A stretch of DNA of 32,000 bases, taken from NCBI RefSeq assembly GCF_000011805.1, contig NC_006840.2; one strand, written 5' to 3'. The notes below the pieces were generated by a model. That model ran no database searches. It saw only the letters and a list, made by a program, of their open reading frames with translations, and was not told the DNA's origin. Both the position numbers and the translations under genes were made by a program. The DNA is from Aliivibrio fischeri ES114. GTDB taxonomy: Bacteria; Pseudomonadota; Gammaproteobacteria; Enterobacterales; Vibrionaceae. Of the stretch, positions 28,776-32,000 are shown piece after piece; within the stretch, counting starts at the first letter, position 1, and every line of letters begins with the position of its first letter.

Positions 28776-29165
28776 TTATTGGCAATCTTGAGTCATGCTG
28801 CCTTGCTGAGCAGGTTGAGTCATTTGGTATTGACCTTTAAGGCTGCGATACACACGAGTATTCCAGACTTGGCCATCATCAAGCTCAAAATCAATCGCGT
28901 AATTAATGCCATTCACTACCTGAGTTTTTACATCTAATATTTGTTTAAGTTTAGCTGATGTATTCATCATACTTAAAACGTGCTCAACCGCTTCTTTTGC
29001 TTCTGGTGTTACGCTAGACGTGACCCAGCCACCAGCCATATTATTATCTACATTACAAATTGGATTGATATTATCTGATGAAATCGCTGGTGTTTTTTCT
29101 GATTGTATTGAACACCCTGCGATAAATAATGCTGAGGTTATTGCAATTACTACTGATTTATTCAT
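28776..29165 (-). CDS. Cystatin-like lipoprotein
   Basis: MNKSVVIAITSALFIAGCS (signal + lipobox), N-terminal GG, QVVNG (28908-28922 complement) followed by INYAIDFELDDG and VYRSLKGQYQM. ATG 29165 preferred over 29231. Confidence 0.7.
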   Translation of the reverse strand: MNKSVVIAITSALFIAGCSIQSEKTPAISSDNINPICNVDNNMAGGWVTSSVTPEAKEAVEHVLSMMNTSAKLKQILDVKTQVVNGINYAIDFELDDGQVWNTRVYRSLKGQYQMTQPAQQGSMTQDCQ

Positions 29166-29435
29166 GGTGACTCCATGTATGGTAAGAATTTTTCTTAAGT
29201 TTAATCTAATCCTTAAGAGACAGAATTCCAAACTAATCGTATTTTTTTAATCATTAATCTCATTTTCAATGCAGTTTTTTATCTCAAGTTAGATGTCTAA
29301 AGCATTTATTCATTATTTATCACCTCAATGAATGAGTGATTATTTTATGGCAGACTTCACATCTTTTTGTGTTTCTGGTTAAAGATATAGGGAAGGTTCT
29401 ATTATTTTGTAATAAACATTATTAGCATTGGTCGG

Positions 29436-31946
29436 TTGTTTCTAAATTGTAAATGGTTATTTATGCTGCATAAGTCTGATAAAAGGCTGTTGACTTTTAT
29501 TTCGTTAATGCCGATTGCTTTAATTGGTATTTTTACTTTGGTTTTAAACGCGATTGTAATTCATGAGAATCAAACCAAAGTCGGCTCATTAATACAATCA
29601 TTATATTCGGATGCGCTTACGCAAGAAAAAGGTCGTGTAAAGCAGCAAGTTGATAGTATTTATGAGCAAATTATTTATGAAGACAATTTGGCTGAACAAA
29701 CACTAAAGAAATCAATTCAATATCGTATAGAGGATGCTTACAGTATTATTCATTTTATATATCAACAAAATGAAGAAAAAACCAAACCTGAAATAATAAA
29801 GTTAATAGCAGATGCTCTTCGTCAAACTCGTTTTAACGATGGTCGAGGTTACTTTTTTATCTATGACATGGATGGCACGAATTTAATGCATCCTATTTTT
29901 CCTGAATATGAAGGGAAGAATCTGATTAATTTTACGGATATTCACGGTAAAAGAGTCGTAGAAGATCATGTGAAAATGATGAGAGAAAAGGGAGAAGGTT
30001 TTAGTCAATGGTGGTACCCAAAACCAGATAATAAAGACGAAGCTTTTGAAAAAATAGGGTATGCAAAATACTTTGAACCATTAGATATTTATATTGGTAC
30101 AGGTGAATATGTTATTGATGTTGAAGAAGATATACAACAAATATTACTAGCATGGATATCTGAGGTTCGATATGGCGATGACGGTTATATATTTGTTTTT
30201 GACCATTCAGGTAATATCTTATCTCATCAAGATAAAAGTTTAATAAATACGAATATTTATAATAAAACGGATATTAATCCTTATGAATTTATGAATACGT
30301 TAAATTCAAAGTTTGATGATAATAACAGCCGCTTCTCTAAGTATTTAAATCGACTTGATGCATTTAATAATGGTTCTGATTCTCAGCTAAGCTATATAAA
30401 AAAATACGATAAATGGGATTGGGTGATCAGTGGTGGTGTTTACACTGATACAAATAAGCGTCTTCTAGAGAAAAAAGAAAAAATATTAATTCAGCAAAAT
30501 CAAGAAGAGTTGAAGAAAATACTATTATTAACATTAACTTTGGCGTTGATTCTTACTTTATTATCGTTGAGTGTTAGTAAATATGTTGCAATGCGCTTTA
30601 ATAAATTTCAGGACCGAATTTGTAATGATTTTAAAGTGTTAGAGAAAACAAAAAATAAAATGCAATACATGGCTCTACATGATGGATTAACGCAATTACC
30701 CAATAGGGTCATGCTAGAGTCAAGAATTGAAGAAGAAATTGTTAAAGCTCAGCAATCCGGAAAGATGATAGCTTTGATGTTTGTTGATTTAGATGACTTT
30801 AAAAAAGTAAATGATCATTATGGCCATGATGTTGGCGATAAGTTATTAACGTTAATTAGCTCGAGATTTAGTCACTTTATTGAAAAAGATGAAATAGTTG
30901 CACGTTTTGGCGGAGATGAATTTGTTTTTTGTTTTTCTAATTTAACGTCTCAACAAGATGCTGAGTTATGGGTTGAGAAGATTCAATCTGTTTTTGAAAA
31001 TGTTTTCTCTATAAACGGTAAAGAAATTACAACTGGATGTAGTATTGGGGTAGCAATGTACCCTAAGGATGCGACTTGTTCTTCTGAGCTTATTTCTAAA
31101 GCTGATATTGTGCTTTATAAATCAAAAGATGTTCATAAAGGTGCATCACTTTTCTTTGATAAAAGCATTGATGAGCAAGTGAGCTATGAATTTAGTTTAG
31201 AAGAAGAGCTAAAAAATGCGTTAGATAAGCGTGAGGTCACCTTAGTATATCAACCTCAAATTGATACTAAAACAGGTGAGATTTATGGTGTAGAGGTGCT
31301 TTCTCGATGGTGCAATAACAAATTAGGTTCTGTTTCTCCAGTTAAATTTATTGCTGTAGCAGAAGAAATAGGGATGATAGATCAGCTTGGCGATTTTGTT
31401 TTGCAGCAAGCGTGTGAAGATATTCAAGAAGTGATGCCCAATGGTACGAATGCCATTATGCTTTCAGTTAATATTTCACCTAAGCAGTTAATTAAAAAGG
31501 GATTTTTATCTCGTATTATGAAGATTGTTTCGAGAACAGGTATTGATGTGTCACGGATCACCTTCGAAATAACAGAAAATATTCTAATCAGTGATTTAAA
31601 AAGTGTATCACCTATTTTATTGGAACTACAGAAACTTGGCTTTGGTATTTCATTAGATGATTTTGGTACAGGTTATTCATCATTAAGCTATCTTAATATT
31701 TTACCGATTACAGAAATTAAGATTGATCGCTCTTTTGTAAGCAGTTTATTTACCAATGATCAAAGTGAATCTTTGATCAAAGCGATTATTGCTATCGGAG
31801 CTTCATGTCAAATGACGGTAGTGGCTGAAGGGGTTGAGACTAAAGAGCAATTAGAGAAATTAAAAGAGTACCAATGTGATTTGGTTCAAGGGTATTACTT
31901 AGATAAACCTCTTTCAATTAGTGAATTAAAAGCAAAATATGCATAA
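29436..31946 (+). CDS. Membrane-bound sensor diguanylate cyclase/phosphodiesterase: tandem Cache domains, GGDEF, EAL
   Basis: FNDGRGYFFIYDMDGTNLMHP (Cache), DDGYIFVFDHSGNILSHQD (second Cache), VARFGGDEFVF (GGDEF), GVEVLSRW / DDFGTGYSSLSYL / EIKIDRSFV / VAEGVET (EAL). Start may instead be 29463. Confidence 0.92.
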   Translation: MFLNCKWLFMLHKSDKRLLTFISLMPIALIGIFTLVLNAIVIHENQTKVGSLIQSLYSDALTQEKGRVKQQVDSIYEQIIYEDNLAEQTLKKSIQYRIEDAYSIIHFIYQQNEEKTKPEIIKLIADALRQTRFNDGRGYFFIYDMDGTNLMHPIFPEYEGKNLINFTDIHGKRVVEDHVKMMREKGEGFSQWWYPKPDNKDEAFEKIGYAKYFEPLDIYIGTGEYVIDVEEDIQQILLAWISEVRYGDDGYIFVFDHSGNILSHQDKSLINTNIYNKTDINPYEFMNTLNSKFDDNNSRFSKYLNRLDAFNNGSDSQLSYIKKYDKWDWVISGGVYTDTNKRLLEKKEKILIQQNQEELKKILLLTLTLALILTLLSLSVSKYVAMRFNKFQDRICNDFKVLEKTKNKMQYMALHDGLTQLPNRVMLESRIEEEIVKAQQSGKMIALMFVDLDDFKKVNDHYGHDVGDKLLTLISSRFSHFIEKDEIVARFGGDEFVFCFSNLTSQQDAELWVEKIQSVFENVFSINGKEITTGCSIGVAMYPKDATCSSELISKADIVLYKSKDVHKGASLFFDKSIDEQVSYEFSLEEELKNALDKREVTLVYQPQIDTKTGEIYGVEVLSRWCNNKLGSVSPVKFIAVAEEIGMIDQLGDFVLQQACEDIQEVMPNGTNAIMLSVNISPKQLIKKGFLSRIMKIVSRTGIDVSRITFEITENILISDLKSVSPILLELQKLGFGISLDDFGTGYSSLSYLNILPITEIKIDRSFVSSLFTNDQSESLIKAIIAIGASCQMTVVAEGVETKEQLEKLKEYQCDLVQGYYLDKPLSISELKAKYA

Positions 31947-32000
31947 AAGCTTTTTGTTTAGAATATTAAAAAAGAAAGAGCAGTGATAATACATCGCTGC

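Noticed and set aside
29436-31946. EVL instead of EAL in the phosphodiesterase domain considered as evidence for inactivity
   Set aside because: EVL is a common functional variant. The metal/catalytic context (DDFGTGYSS, FEITEN, IKIDRSFV, AEGVET) is kept, so degeneracy is not supported.
1-32000. Search for CRISPR arrays, rRNA, intact insertion sequences, restriction-modification, retron or toxin-antitoxin modules
   Set aside because: No regularly spaced repeats, no transposase motifs and no defence-type proteins seen among the ORFs.

Overview
The window comes from a gammaproteobacterium. Gene content and AT-rich composition suggest Vibrionaceae, probably Aliivibrio, but this is inferred from the proteins only. 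The left part is conserved core: cydA(partial)-cydB-cydX-ybgE, ybgC-tolQRAB-pal-cpoB, nadA, a UPF0149 gene and alaE. Next is a tRNA-Ser(GGA) gene followed at once by a truncated integrase-like ORF, then a modest accessory stretch: serine-hydrolase lipoprotein, DUF393 protein, SDR and a divergent HflX-like GTPase. The most interesting locus is 15.5-23.0 kb. It holds a sigZ-like ECF sigma factor, then a tightly packed set of a GshA-type glutamate-cysteine ligase, two halves of an MdlA/MdlB-like heterodimeric ABC exporter with asymmetric ATP sites, and a eukaryotic-type (GSS-like) glutathione synthetase. The synthetase's C-terminal acceptor loop differs from the usual glycine-specific Val-Ala-Ala-Gly. 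Together these genes look like a dedicated system for making and exporting gamma-Glu-Cys-X (glutathione or a glutathione analogue). The right part holds ordinary transport and metabolism genes, a tandem DUF333 lipoprotein, a cystatin-like lipoprotein, and a Cache-GGDEF-EAL protein. All family assignments were made by recall of motifs; no database search was run.
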